Shown here piece by piece: positions 1 through 9,395 of a DNA stretch of 64,000 nt (its first letter is position 1; each line of letters opens with the position of its first letter). The translations under genes were made by a program, and so were the position numbers. Location: assembly GCA_002773985.1 (NCBI GenBank), contig PEZW01000009.1, positions 23,546 to 87,545 of the forward strand, read 5' to 3'. Origin of the DNA: Candidatus Berkelbacteria bacterium CG10_big_fil_rev_8_21_14_0_10_43_13. Its GTDB lineage: Bacteria > Patescibacteriota > UBA1384 > XYA2-FULL-43-10 > 1-14-0-10-43-13. A model generated the notes under the pieces. The model did not search any database. It was not told where the DNA came from and worked only from the letters and a program-made list of their open reading frames with translations.

Positions 1-190
1 CCGGTACAAAAGCTGTGATAATCTCCACAACTTGATCCGGTGTCAGGATGGGAGCTTCGGGAATCGCATTTAGCTTGCCGTCGATCCTAACCATAGCCGG
101 GATGCCGACAGAAATATGCACGTCAGAAGCTTGCTTGGATATGGCGAAATCCAAGTATTTGGCTATTGCTGTAGTTTTTCCCTCCGTCAT
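1..190 (-). CDS. pilT: Twitching-motility ATPase PilT, N-terminal part (gene continues beyond window start)
   Basis: Reverse-strand translation from ATG at 188-190 gives MTEGKTTAIAKYLDFAISKQASDVHISVGIPAMVRIDGKL..., typical PilT/PilU N-terminus. Adjacent to pilB. Confidence 0.75.
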   Translation of the reverse strand, partial: MTEGKTTAIAKYLDFAISKQASDVHISVGIPAMVRIDGKLNAIPEAPILTPDQVVEIITAFVP

Positions 191-286
191 ACCCCTCCGT
201 TTTTCTTCACGTAGTATCTAGTCTGTGTTCGTGGCCCAAGCTACGTTCTGATAGAATTTTCACTCTAATAGAACTTACGCGGTTCC

Positions 287-374
287 TGTCATCCCTGCCA
301 GTAGCTGGAGAGCAGGGATCTTACTATATAATAGCTCAAGATCCCGCATCTCGCGCTTACAGTGCGGGATGACA
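287..374. repeat. Small palindromic element copy (TGTCATCC...GGGATGACA termini, internal hairpins tccctgc/gcaggga and atcccgca/tgcgggat)
   Basis: Seen directly: inverted termini and two internal hairpins. Same termini recur at 10699-10847, 19937-20145, 20975-21102 and 43147-43215. Confidence 0.5.
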
Positions 375-447
375 AACAGGGGAATTGTTCAAACGCGTAA
401 ATCCTATCTAATAACATTTTAGCTTGCGCCAACTTATTCTGCAATAG

Positions 448-2910
448 CTAATTTGTCACAACTGCCTGATAAACTTCATCGATTGTCGTTTCCCCGGCCA
501 CAGCCTTCAAAATCCCATCTTGCTTCATCGTAATCATACCGGCCTTGATGGAAGCATTTTTAATCTCATCTGCCGGTCGCTTGGTCGTCGCCATCTCCTC
601 AATCTCCGGCGTCATCGTCATCGCTTCATAGATACCGACACGACCCTTGAACCCGTGATTGCACTCAGAGCAACCCTTGCCATGAAAAAGCTTGATCTCG
701 GCCGGAATTCTTGCCCGATCTTTCGTATTGGCTTCCGGAATTTTGTCCAGCTCAGCCTTGATCTGGTCGAAAAGCCGCTGTGGTGCCTTGTATTCCTCTT
801 TGCATTTGGGACAAATCCGTCTAATCAGCCTCTGGGCAATGATCAGATTGATCGAGGACGTGATCAGAAATGGCTCGACGCCCATATTTGTCAATCTCGG
901 CAGAGCGCCGGCTGTATCATTGGTATGTAGTGTAGAAAGCACCAAGTGACCTGTCAGAGCTGAGTGAACTGCCATAGTCGCTGTTTCCGCATCACGAATC
1001 TCACCGACCATGATCACGTTTGGATCCTGACGCAAGATACTGCGAAGCCCTGAAGCAAATGTAAATCCTATCTCCGGCTTGATCTGGCACTGATTGATCC
1101 CGGCAATTTCATATTCAACCGGATCCTCGAGTGTGACTATATTGACACCCGGCATACTGATACGGTTTAGGATGGCATATAGAGTTGTGGATTTGCCTGA
1201 ACCGGTCGGCCCAGTCGATAAAATAATTCCATATGGTTTGGCGATTGCGGCGATGGTTTTGTCAAAGGCACTGCCCTGCATACCCAAGTCCTCCAGAGAC
1301 AGGATGCCCTGACTTTTGTCGAGAATTCTCATCACGATTTTTTCACCATGAACAGTCGGCAGTGTCGAAACACGTACATCAACTTCGCGCTCATCAAAAA
1401 CAGTGTCGAAGCGACCATCCTGCGGAACTCGCATTTCATCAATCTTCAGCTTTGACATAATCTTGATCCTGCTGACAAAAGCAGCATGGTCACTTACCGG
1501 CAACTTCAAGATATCACGCAAAATACCGTCGACGCGACACCTGATGCGCAGATATTTTGCCTCAGGTTCTACATGGATGTCACTTGAGCGATTGTTTAGA
1601 GCGTAATCAATGATTGCGGCAACCACCTTTGGCACCGAAGCACCCTTGGCAAAATCAACCAAGTCTTGGTCGGTCTTTATCTCATGATCGAGCCAATCAC
1701 CAAGATTTTTGTTGTCGAGTAAGGCAACTGATTCACCACCCTCTTTGTCACTAGATGCTTCTTCTTTTGCTGACTCTTGGTCCGTATTGCTTTCGCTAGC
1801 ACCATGATCAGAGGTGTCATCTGAGTCTTTTTCTGATGCCTCTTTAGTCTCAGCAGATTGAGGTTTGTTCTGGTCAGAGGGCTGATCTTTTGTAGCATTT
1901 TTCACTGTTTCTGCTGGGTCGGCAGTTTTTGCTGCAGTAGAGTCAGCTTCAACACTATCGATGGTTAGCTCTGGACCAGCTGAACTCCTAAAATTATCCA
2001 TAAAACTTTTGATACCCGACTTCTGTCCCGATTCCTTCGTAGAGCCTGAGTCATCTGAGGATTCATGATTATCTTCAGTTTTAGTGACGGGAGCATCTGT
2101 TTTCTTCGCTTTTGGCGCTTCTGATATGTAAGTTTTTGTCTTGTCGAGAATAAAATCAATGTCTGCTTTTGAAGTCGCAAATATTTCATATTTAATCTGA
2201 TTTTCCTGCTTGATAAAATTCAAAATTTTTATTGTGACCGGTGAATCAGGTTGCTCACAAGCGATAAGGTAATATCCATGATTGTTCCGTCCAAAGACGA
2301 CAATGCGATATTTTATCATAAATTCACGTGGAATTTTCTCAATAAATTCCGAGGCAATTGTCTGGTTTCTCAGGTAGATGACAGGAAAACGTCCTTTTTT
2401 CAGCAAAGAATCGTTCTTGTATTTTTTGTTGTATTGTTTGATGCATTCATCAAAGTCAGACTCGCTGGTGATGAAAAGCTCAACTTCCAGTTCTTTTTCT
2501 TCAAGTATTTTGCTGAGACCAGACCTAAAGCCAACCAGAAGATCGGCAGGTCGTGAAAGTGCTATCCTGATCGCACCATCCTCCAGAGAAAACGGTATTA
2601 TTCCGTATTTTTGTGCTACTTTTTCTGGTATTAGAGCTTTGAGCTCGTCAGAAATTTTAATATTACTAAGCTCTACATAGGGCAACTTCAAAACAATACT
2701 ATAAGCCTTGTTGATCGTATTTCTGGTGACAATTTTGTTCTTAACTAAAAAATTTTCGATCTCTCGGTTTGTTTTAAATTGTCGCTTGAGTTTTTCAGCA
2801 TCTTCTTGGTCGATCAAATCCTGAATCACAAAAACGTCCAGAATTGATTGACTGGTAAGCGCCATATTCGAAAAACCGTAATACTCAGTTATTGTGTTTG
2901 CATCTGCCAT
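448..2910 (-). CDS. pilB: Type IV pilus assembly ATPase PilB/GspE with a long internal acidic low-complexity linker
   Basis: GspE N-terminal domain, Walker A GPTGSGKST, and a CPKC..CSEC tetracysteine motif typical of GspE/PilB. About 230 aa of S/D/E/K-rich low-complexity insert lies between the N-domain and the ATPase. Confidence 0.9.
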   Translation of the reverse strand: MADANTITEYYGFSNMALTSQSILDVFVIQDLIDQEDAEKLKRQFKTNREIENFLVKNKIVTRNTINKAYSIVLKLPYVELSNIKISDELKALIPEKVAQKYGIIPFSLEDGAIRIALSRPADLLVGFRSGLSKILEEKELEVELFITSESDFDECIKQYNKKYKNDSLLKKGRFPVIYLRNQTIASEFIEKIPREFMIKYRIVVFGRNNHGYYLIACEQPDSPVTIKILNFIKQENQIKYEIFATSKADIDFILDKTKTYISEAPKAKKTDAPVTKTEDNHESSDDSGSTKESGQKSGIKSFMDNFRSSAGPELTIDSVEADSTAAKTADPAETVKNATKDQPSDQNKPQSAETKEASEKDSDDTSDHGASESNTDQESAKEEASSDKEGGESVALLDNKNLGDWLDHEIKTDQDLVDFAKGASVPKVVAAIIDYALNNRSSDIHVEPEAKYLRIRCRVDGILRDILKLPVSDHAAFVSRIKIMSKLKIDEMRVPQDGRFDTVFDEREVDVRVSTLPTVHGEKIVMRILDKSQGILSLEDLGMQGSAFDKTIAAIAKPYGIILSTGPTGSGKSTTLYAILNRISMPGVNIVTLEDPVEYEIAGINQCQIKPEIGFTFASGLRSILRQDPNVIMVGEIRDAETATMAVHSALTGHLVLSTLHTNDTAGALPRLTNMGVEPFLITSSINLIIAQRLIRRICPKCKEEYKAPQRLFDQIKAELDKIPEANTKDRARIPAEIKLFHGKGCSECNHGFKGRVGIYEAMTMTPEIEEMATTKRPADEIKNASIKAGMITMKQDGILKAVAGETTIDEVYQAVVTN

Positions 2911-2968
2911 TCTACCTTGAATATTTCCTAATTTGCTAGCAAAAACTAAAAACCTGCCAAGTCAACAA

Positions 2969-3244
2969 CTAATTGCTCGCAAAAGGATTGTCGCGACCGA
3001 CCTGGTCAGATGTTGGAGGCTGGACCGGTAAATCTCCGGCGTTTGTTTTATCAGAAATTAATGACTTGGCTGTCGAAGCCAGATTGGAAACCTCGATAGT
3101 TTGATATTTTTGGTCAGCAGATGTGTCTATTGCTACCTCAGACTGAGCTGAGCTCCAAAACCAAAAGAAACCAGCCACCGTCACAACCAGCAGTAGAGAG
3201 CTACCAATAATTCCAAGCATCCGTGATTTTGTGTTTTTACCCAT
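2969..3244 (-). CDS. Small single-pass membrane protein in the pilus operon (possible PilP-like)
   Basis: ORF with an N-terminal TM helix (LLLVVTVAGFFWFW), co-directional and tightly spaced with pilB and the PilO-like gene. Confidence 0.4.
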   Translation of the reverse strand: MGKNTKSRMLGIIGSSLLLVVTVAGFFWFWSSAQSEVAIDTSADQKYQTIEVSNLASTAKSLISDKTNAGDLPVQPPTSDQVGRDNPFASN

Positions 3245-3271
3245 TTAATTCCTTTCTCGATTTGATGAAAA

Positions 3272-3877
3272 TTATTGTGCCGTTGCAGTGGACATCACAT
3301 CAGCAGACGCACCACCACTGATCGTAGATGTGTCTCCCTGTGTGTATGTTTCCAGTTGAAGAGTCGTGGAGAAGGTGCCGTCATCAGCCGGTGCGATCGT
3401 AGCACTCTTGATAGCAAAGAACTTTAGATTGCTCTCGATCGACTTGACAAAACCGGTCAAACCGGCAAAATCTCCGCTGACAGAGAAAGATACAGAGACG
3501 GCTCCAGTACTGGTACTCTGGGACTGGTCGCTCGTGCCACTGCTATCTGATCCACCGGAAATTTGAAAACTGGGAATGTATGTTTTGTTGGCAGTCGCTA
3601 TCGCTTCCAAAGTCGTGATGATGTCACCGTTGTCCTGATCACTCGGAACCGCCACAAACATCGAATCAACCGTCGAACCAAGACTGTCAAGGGTTGACTT
3701 GGCCGTCTTGAGCGAGTCTAGCTTGGCTTTGACCGCCGTCAGCTCATGATCTACCTGAGCAACATCAGCCTTGTTTTGTTTGTATTGCGGTATGATCCAA
3801 AACCAGCTCAGTAAAAAGGCAACTATCACCAGAAAAACTGCGATAAATCCGGGAGTCGATGATTTCTTCTTTTCCAT
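3272..3877 (-). CDS. PilO-like type IV pilus assembly protein
   Basis: N-terminal TM, coiled-coil segment, S/T-rich C-terminus. Operon position after the PilN-like gene. Confidence 0.5.
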   Translation of the reverse strand: MEKKKSSTPGFIAVFLVIVAFLLSWFWIIPQYKQNKADVAQVDHELTAVKAKLDSLKTAKSTLDSLGSTVDSMFVAVPSDQDNGDIITTLEAIATANKTYIPSFQISGGSDSSGTSDQSQSTSTGAVSVSFSVSGDFAGLTGFVKSIESNLKFFAIKSATIAPADDGTFSTTLQLETYTQGDTSTISGGASADVMSTATAQ

Positions 3878-3878
3878 T

Positions 3879-4571
3879 TTAGATTCCTCCTTCTGTTGCG
3901 CTAACTGAGGCTGTAGAAAGCGCAGTAGTTTTATCCACAGTCGCTGAGATAGAGAAAGTCACCGAGACAACACCTGATTCGACACTCTCGGATTCAGAAT
4001 CGAGTGTCGCTGTGGTAACGACATTTTTTTCATCTATCTTCCAATTTTTCAGTGTCGCAACCTGTTGTGCCGCTGACTTGTAACTGTCAGTCGTGCCGGA
4101 AAAGCTAACTTTTCCTGTGTCATCCACCGATAATGTCGTGACGACAACGTTTTTGTTCACCTGACCATAAAGAAGTGGCAAAAAGTTGTCCATCGAAAAT
4201 CGGCTCTTGGAAGCTGTGCTTAGCTGGTTGACCGCAGACTGAAATTGATTCGCCCTCGTTTCGAGTGCAGCATATGTCGGACTGGAAATCTCGGCGACAG
4301 CATCATCTTTCTGGCTAGTCTTATCTGCAAGATCCTGTGTCGCGCTACTGTTTAGAAACCAAAAAAACACAGTGGCGCTGATCGCTATGATTGCACTGAG
4401 CCAGAGAAGCAATCCGGAGATGCTAAACTCGCCGTGATCCGCCATCTCTGTGAGATAATCGTCACCACTATTTCCGCCACTTGGCCTTGGCGCTGGTGCC
4501 GGAGCTGGAGCAGACGATGGTATAGACGCTGATCCTGCTGCTTGGCTATCTAAAGTTTTTTCGAGATCCAT
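3879..4571 (-). CDS. PilN-like fimbrial assembly membrane protein with Pro/Ala-rich N-terminus
   Basis: TM helix around residues 55-75, then a periplasmic domain. Operon context. Confidence 0.45.
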   Translation of the reverse strand: MDLEKTLDSQAAGSASIPSSAPAPAPAPRPSGGNSGDDYLTEMADHGEFSISGLLLWLSAIIAISATVFFWFLNSSATQDLADKTSQKDDAVAEISSPTYAALETRANQFQSAVNQLSTASKSRFSMDNFLPLLYGQVNKNVVVTTLSVDDTGKVSFSGTTDSYKSAAQQVATLKNWKIDEKNVVTTATLDSESESVESGVVSVTFSISATVDKTTALSTASVSATEGGI

Positions 4572-4641
4572 GATCTCCCTCCTAATTCGTTTGTATATAT
4601 TGTATTAAATAGTGAAATAAAAAGCAAATTTTTTTAAAATA

Positions 4642-4672
4642 GAATCATGAATACTGAATCATGAATTATGGG
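4642..4672. repeat. Left inverted repeat flanking the four-helix-bundle gene (gaatcatgaatactgaatcatgaattatgg)
   Basis: Near-perfect reverse complement of 5039-5068. Confidence 0.7.
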
Positions 4673-5042
4673 TCTTTGATTTTTTAATCAATCCAGAAAT
4701 TAACTTGTGCGCGATGATTGTTTGATTTGCTATCTCTTGAAACAATTTATTATCAATAAGACCAATATCTCTGGCAATTAGAATTTGATTTTGAGCTTCA
4801 GTGACCGAACCCTGGGCAATCGAATAAAATTGAACTTTTTCTTTGTATGACTGACGACTGAACCCCTCGGCAATATTTGAGGTAATCGAAACGATGCATC
4901 TCCTGAGTTGATTTGTTAACCCGAACAATTCTTCTTTTGGAAATTTGTTTGTCGTTTTATATACTGCTAAAACTAACTTATGACCTTCTTTCCAAGCATT
5001 TAAATCGGTAAATGATTTTATTTTTTCTGGATGTTCTTCCAT
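4659..5042 (-). CDS. Four-helix-bundle protein of the 23S rRNA intervening-sequence protein family
   Basis: 127 aa with the characteristic FPKEE..L..QL.RA..SI..NIAEG motif. Flanked by 30-bp inverted repeats. Confidence 0.75.
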   Translation of the reverse strand: MEEHPEKIKSFTDLNAWKEGHKLVLAVYKTTNKFPKEELFGLTNQLRRCIVSITSNIAEGFSRQSYKEKVQFYSIAQGSVTEAQNQILIARDIGLIDNKLFQEIANQTIIAHKLISGLIKKSKTHNS

Positions 5043-5068
5043 AATTCATAATTCTTGATTCATGATTC
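5039..5068. repeat. Right inverted repeat flanking the four-helix-bundle gene
   Basis: ccataattcataattcttgattcatgattc is the reverse complement partner of 4642-4672. Confidence 0.7.
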
Positions 5069-5087
5069 AACTTGATCCAGTGCTGAG

Positions 5088-6254
5088 CTAATTTTTGTTC
5101 CCAACCTCTTCAGAACGCGGCATCGCCAAGTTTCGAAAACCTGGTGGCTGGCTGTTGTCAAAAGCCGGGTCATAAGAAAATAAGACTGATTGGTTCTGAT
5201 TGATCGAAAAATCTGACGCGACAAAAGAACCAGTAAACTCACCATTACCAGTGACTTCAAAATTTGATTCACAGTACATCATGACATTTATTTTATTGTT
5301 TCCTCCAAAATTACAGTTTCCCCCAGTACCGTCAGCTTTTTTCAAAACTATAATACCCAGTTTATCGCCAGACGTAGAATTTGGCAGAATATTTTTATTT
5401 TGGTTAATAGTCAGGTTGCCACCATTGACAACAATAGTGCCAATTCCATTGAAATTTGCCGAATTGTTAATGGTCAAATTACCATTGACAACCCAAACCT
5501 TACCATCAGGAAATTTCGCAAGATCACCTTTGGAGTTATTTTTGAAGAAATTAATAGGAGTATCAGCCTGAAGAGAAAAATTACTTGTAAACAGAAAATC
5601 GTTCGCCGCAATCGGCTGACCACTCCCAGCTAGAGTTTTCAGCTGGGCGATATATTGCTTGTACTGATTGCTTCCATACTTAACCTGAGCAGCAGGATTG
5701 AAGACATAGCTAGATCCAGGCGCCCAGCCAGCTCCATCAGCTGCACCAGCACCTTCAAACAAGTTGGCTGGATTCCAAAATTTTGCCAGATATTCCAAAG
5801 TAGAGCCAGCTTCACCACTATAAACATCGCCATCGACATTTAGCCCGAGAAAAATCAGGGCGGGTATTTCATAAACGACATTACCGTCCACTAGCGTCTG
5901 ACTGGTCATCAGACGGCCAGAACCACCATAATAATTTTGGCCTTCATTACCAGTGCCAAGACTAAAACAGGCTGCCATGCCAGTGGTAAATAATTGCCAA
6001 ATACAACCAATTTGCCCCAGTGCGGCTTCTGTTTTGTTGAATCCAAGATCACCGTTTGTATTGTTATTCAAAACTGCATGATTACCACCAAGTCCACCAT
6101 AAGTAATTTCACCAGAACTTGTGGTTACCTTGGTACTACCTGATATAATTTCCGGGAAATTAGACGAAGCAGCTCTGACTTTTACCACAGAAAAAACTGT
6201 TGCTACTGCAACTAAAAATACGATTAATCTCTGTGTTTTAAATCTATTTTTCAC
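5088..6254 (-). CDS. Secreted protein with Asn/Gly-rich beta-helix-like repeats (possible pilus-associated or adhesin protein)
   Basis: Signal peptide MKNRFKTQRLIVFLVAVATVFSVVKVRA. Repeats such as VVNGNLTINNSANFNGIGTIVVNGGNLTIN. Same operon as the pil genes. Confidence 0.5.
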   Translation of the reverse strand: MKNRFKTQRLIVFLVAVATVFSVVKVRAASSNFPEIISGSTKVTTSSGEITYGGLGGNHAVLNNNTNGDLGFNKTEAALGQIGCIWQLFTTGMAACFSLGTGNEGQNYYGGSGRLMTSQTLVDGNVVYEIPALIFLGLNVDGDVYSGEAGSTLEYLAKFWNPANLFEGAGAADGAGWAPGSSYVFNPAAQVKYGSNQYKQYIAQLKTLAGSGQPIAANDFLFTSNFSLQADTPINFFKNNSKGDLAKFPDGKVWVVNGNLTINNSANFNGIGTIVVNGGNLTINQNKNILPNSTSGDKLGIIVLKKADGTGGNCNFGGNNKINVMMYCESNFEVTGNGEFTGSFVASDFSINQNQSVLFSYDPAFDNSQPPGFRNLAMPRSEEVGNKN

Positions 6255-6282
6255 GATAATTTATTTTCAAATTATGATGTCT

Positions 6283-8145
6283 TTATTGCACCTTACAATA
6301 ATAAGTAAGCGAAGTGCCAGAGCTAATACCAGTCCACAACACATAACCATTGAGGTTATCTGCCGCCCCAACATTACTTGGATTGCCCCTCGTTGTATCA
6401 TTTTTACACGCTACACTCGAACCACCAGAGCCAGGAGCAGTAAGGTAGTCATCTTCGACAGAAACAGTTCCACTAAAGGTTCCAAGATCAAGCTTGACCT
6501 GAATAATATCTCCCACTTGCAAAGCATAAGGATTAAAATTATCCACAGGACTAGCACTTTTTCGTTCAACTGGAATAAGGGTTTTCTTTATCGTCACCTT
6601 CGCCGCGGCGTCAGTTTGCTGGATGTAAATCCGCCCACCACCACCGGCAGGCCCTTGGGTGGAGAGATGACTTGCTCCACCGACAGCCTGTATGTTTGTG
6701 TATAAGGAATTTACAACGGGACTATTGTTTTCCTGACCAAGCGTAGATGATGAGTAATGCACTGTACCTACTGCCGCTGCATTTCCAAAGTCATTTCCCG
6801 AGGGATTTCTCACCGCATAACTAGACAAACTCGCTGTTGGATGTAAATTAACAAATGCTTTACTAAATGAAATTATTATGGAACCACCGGATCCACCACC
6901 TGGGGCCGTTTTATAATCGTTAGTTCCGTCACCTCCATTCGCCAGAATAAATGAAGACGAATCCATATAAATGGAATCAGAAAAAAGCATAACTCTGCCA
7001 CCGCCAGGTCCACCGTCCGACACTCTCTTTCCTTCTGTACCACCACCACCAGACCCCCATTCAAAATTTGCGGGTAAACCCGAAAAGGAAGCATCTCCAT
7101 AAGCAACCCCTCCGGCAAGATCCCCGTTTTGACCATGACCGCCATAGCCAGCTCCAGAACCAGAACACCCCCTTGTGCCGCGTGAGCACCCCCATCCATG
7201 CCCTGGACCATATCCGACAGAAGAGTATTGATTATTAATACCACCAGGATAACCCTTGTTGCTTACATCGATCAAACTAGCATTCAGACTGATTGCTTTA
7301 CCCACTACTAGATCAACCTTTTTCCAATGCGCAGCGTTAGAAATATCATTTACTAGAGAAAATGATGGGTTGTTTCCATCTACATCAGAGGTGGTTATCT
7401 GAGTGTGATTTAGGGTGGTATTGTTTAGAGTCAGGCTGGCAAAGTGCCTCTTTGTATCACAATCAGACATTTGATTATAGGCAGCTGTATACAATGAGTT
7501 AAGCATTTTAGGCGTAAAACTAGCCAAGCACTGGACTCCATTGTAATGATAGGTTAGTTGACCTTGCATGATATAGTTTTGGGCAGCAGGGGTATATACA
7601 TACTGGCACTGCAAGTAATAACCCCACAAGCCACCGGCTGAATTCCAGCTTTTTTCGAACGCATAAGTGTTTCCTCCGTAGTTGTAAGTGGCCGGACAAT
7701 TAGCGTTGTCCGCTGGGTGGATCACCTGAGTCAACGGAGTTGACGCCTTGGTATAGTGGCAAACGTTATCATTTTCACTGAAATAACTAAGGTAATACCC
7801 ACCTCCTGGTGCGTATACGCATTCATAATGTGTCCCATCCTTCTGCCAGACACCAACCGTATCAGCATTGATAGTTCCCCCATGAGTTGTAACAGTATAA
7901 TCAGGTCCACACACTGCAGGGAAATATGTGGAGGACCCTGAACCGACGCATGTGTGAGCCGTAGTATTAATCGTCCAGCCAGCCAAGGTGTATGTAGACG
8001 CATTGGCCTTTCGTGGAGACTGTGAGATAATCATCTCCCCTAGTACCACGAAGAGAAGCAGGCATGCCAGAATAGTCACCACTCGAAATCTACGTCTAGA
8101 TCTAAGAACATCTGAAATTGATATTTTTGCCATTATTCCCCTCAC
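6283..8145 (-). CDS. Large membrane-anchored Gly-rich, Cys-containing surface protein
   Basis: 620-aa ORF with an N-terminal TM and long GGxGG-type glycine-rich tracts. First gene of the pilus operon. Confidence 0.55.
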   Translation of the reverse strand: MRGIMAKISISDVLRSRRRFRVVTILACLLLFVVLGEMIISQSPRKANASTYTLAGWTINTTAHTCVGSGSSTYFPAVCGPDYTVTTHGGTINADTVGVWQKDGTHYECVYAPGGGYYLSYFSENDNVCHYTKASTPLTQVIHPADNANCPATYNYGGNTYAFEKSWNSAGGLWGYYLQCQYVYTPAAQNYIMQGQLTYHYNGVQCLASFTPKMLNSLYTAAYNQMSDCDTKRHFASLTLNNTTLNHTQITTSDVDGNNPSFSLVNDISNAAHWKKVDLVVGKAISLNASLIDVSNKGYPGGINNQYSSVGYGPGHGWGCSRGTRGCSGSGAGYGGHGQNGDLAGGVAYGDASFSGLPANFEWGSGGGGTEGKRVSDGGPGGGRVMLFSDSIYMDSSSFILANGGDGTNDYKTAPGGGSGGSIIISFSKAFVNLHPTASLSSYAVRNPSGNDFGNAAAVGTVHYSSSTLGQENNSPVVNSLYTNIQAVGGASHLSTQGPAGGGGRIYIQQTDAAAKVTIKKTLIPVERKSASPVDNFNPYALQVGDIIQVKLDLGTFSGTVSVEDDYLTAPGSGGSSVACKNDTTRGNPSNVGAADNLNGYVLWTGISSGTSLTYYCKVQ

Positions 8146-8382
8146 TTACATTTATATAGACCTATTTTCTCATAACTAAAATATTTATCAAGTCCCACCA
8201 AGCCCTGCCCCAGGTCACAGCACGATGTCGTAACTTCCAACACACAGTATTTTAAACCCCACAAATGGAGTGGTCTGTAGAATGTACAAGGTCCAGTGGC
8301 ATGGGGGGTGTTGTGGGCGCTAGAAAGCGCCCTACCCCCATGCCAATCGGATACATCGTTCATCTCGTTCGCGCTGGCCAAT

Positions 8383-8937
8383 CTACTGCTGATCGAGAGC
8401 TGAGAAGTCCAGGGCGGACATGTTGTCGACGTTCTCCCTGACCGTCTCCTGCTGGTCATGGTTGGCATCATACCAGACCACAGTGACCACCCAGTAGCCG
8501 GCAAGGTCACCACTGTCCGGGCAAACGAACCAGAGCTCGTCACCGTTGATGCCGCCGGTCGTGTACCGCCAGATTGCCGCCTCATCAGCATTGACTTGGC
8601 CATCGCCGTTGCTGTCCTTCCAGACAAACAACTGGCGCCAAGTCTCGACCGAGTTACTCAGCAATGTCAGCTTGACAACCGTCTTGTTGTCGCTCGTCAA
8701 GAGGCGGCTTCCCTCGACACTGCCCTGACGGTCTCGGAGACCGACGGTGTAGCCGGCACCATCACGGACTGTGATAGACAAAGTCTTTGTGCCGGTTGTC
8801 GGATAACCGTTGCTTCCGCCGGCGCCGCCGGCGCCGCAGCCGACCAGCGCGAGGCTGGCCAGAGCGGTCAGAATCGAAACGACCAACCACATGCTGATCT
8901 TGCGCATCTGTCGCTCCATCGTCTGGATTAGCACCAT
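8383..8937 (-). CDS. Putative lipoprotein encoded in a GC-rich islet
   Basis: Signal peptide plus lipobox LALVGC. The region is about 60% GC against an approximately 40% background. Overlapping alternative-frame ORFs are GC artefacts. Confidence 0.45.
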   Translation of the reverse strand: MVLIQTMERQMRKISMWLVVSILTALASLALVGCGAGGAGGSNGYPTTGTKTLSITVRDGAGYTVGLRDRQGSVEGSRLLTSDNKTVVKLTLLSNSVETWRQLFVWKDSNGDGQVNADEAAIWRYTTGGINGDELWFVCPDSGDLAGYWVVTVVWYDANHDQQETVRENVDNMSALDFSALDQQ

Positions 8938-9083
8938 CGCCTTGTTGGCGATTTATTCCAGATCTCGCTCAAACCATACAATATATTGAAAAAAAATGCA
9001 AGGGGTCGACAGTACCCGCTTACTCGCCCCTGTCATTTTAACCCTATGAACTCTGCGAATCGTCGGAGAAATCTGACACGGAG

Positions 9084-9109
9084 TGTCATCCTGAGCTTGT
9101 CGAAGGATC
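9084..9109. repeat. Short hairpin copy of the TGTCATCC repeat family (tgtcatcctgagcttgtcgaaggatc)
   Basis: Shares the GTCATCCTGAGC...CGAAGGATC core with other copies. Confidence 0.4.
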
Positions 9110-9203
9110 TTCTCAAAAAACAAGATCTCTCCACCCTCGATGAACCGAGGAGTCGAGATAACAATATGAAATGAGTGATTAATTACTCTGTCGCCCATTG
9201 CAT

Positions 9204-9232
9204 TGTCAATAAATTTGTGTTATGATAGTAAA
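9204..9232 (+). promoter_or_regulatory. Candidate sigma70 promoter (TTGTCA -35, TGn extended -10) about 165 nt upstream of the DEAD-box helicase
   Basis: ttgtcaataaatttgtgttatgatagtaa. A long 5' UTR is typical of cold-shock DEAD helicases. Confidence 0.3.
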
Positions 9233-9395
9233 AGTTAGAAAAATTGTTCTATAGATTTCCGAGAAAGTAATTAATAATTTCGACGTTCTATACGGCAATT
9301 GAGAGCTAGTCAGTCCAGTAACTCGACAGGCTCAATAAATTATTAATTATTTTTGTCGTTTTTTGTTTTGCAAATTTCGGCAATAAGAAGGAAAC

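Noticed and set aside
520-2680. Several 60-136 aa plus-strand ORFs inside pilB (for example 520-930, 692-949, 2251-2556)
   Set aside because: They are antisense to a well-supported 820-aa gene with clear domain signatures, and have no RBS or coding signal. Shadow ORFs.
8142-8931. Overlapping ORFs 8142-8627 (-), 8458-8931 (+) and 8546-8728 (+)
   Set aside because: They lie in a 60% GC segment where stop codons are rare in all frames. They overlap the more plausible lipoprotein ORF 8383-8937. Likely compositional artefacts.
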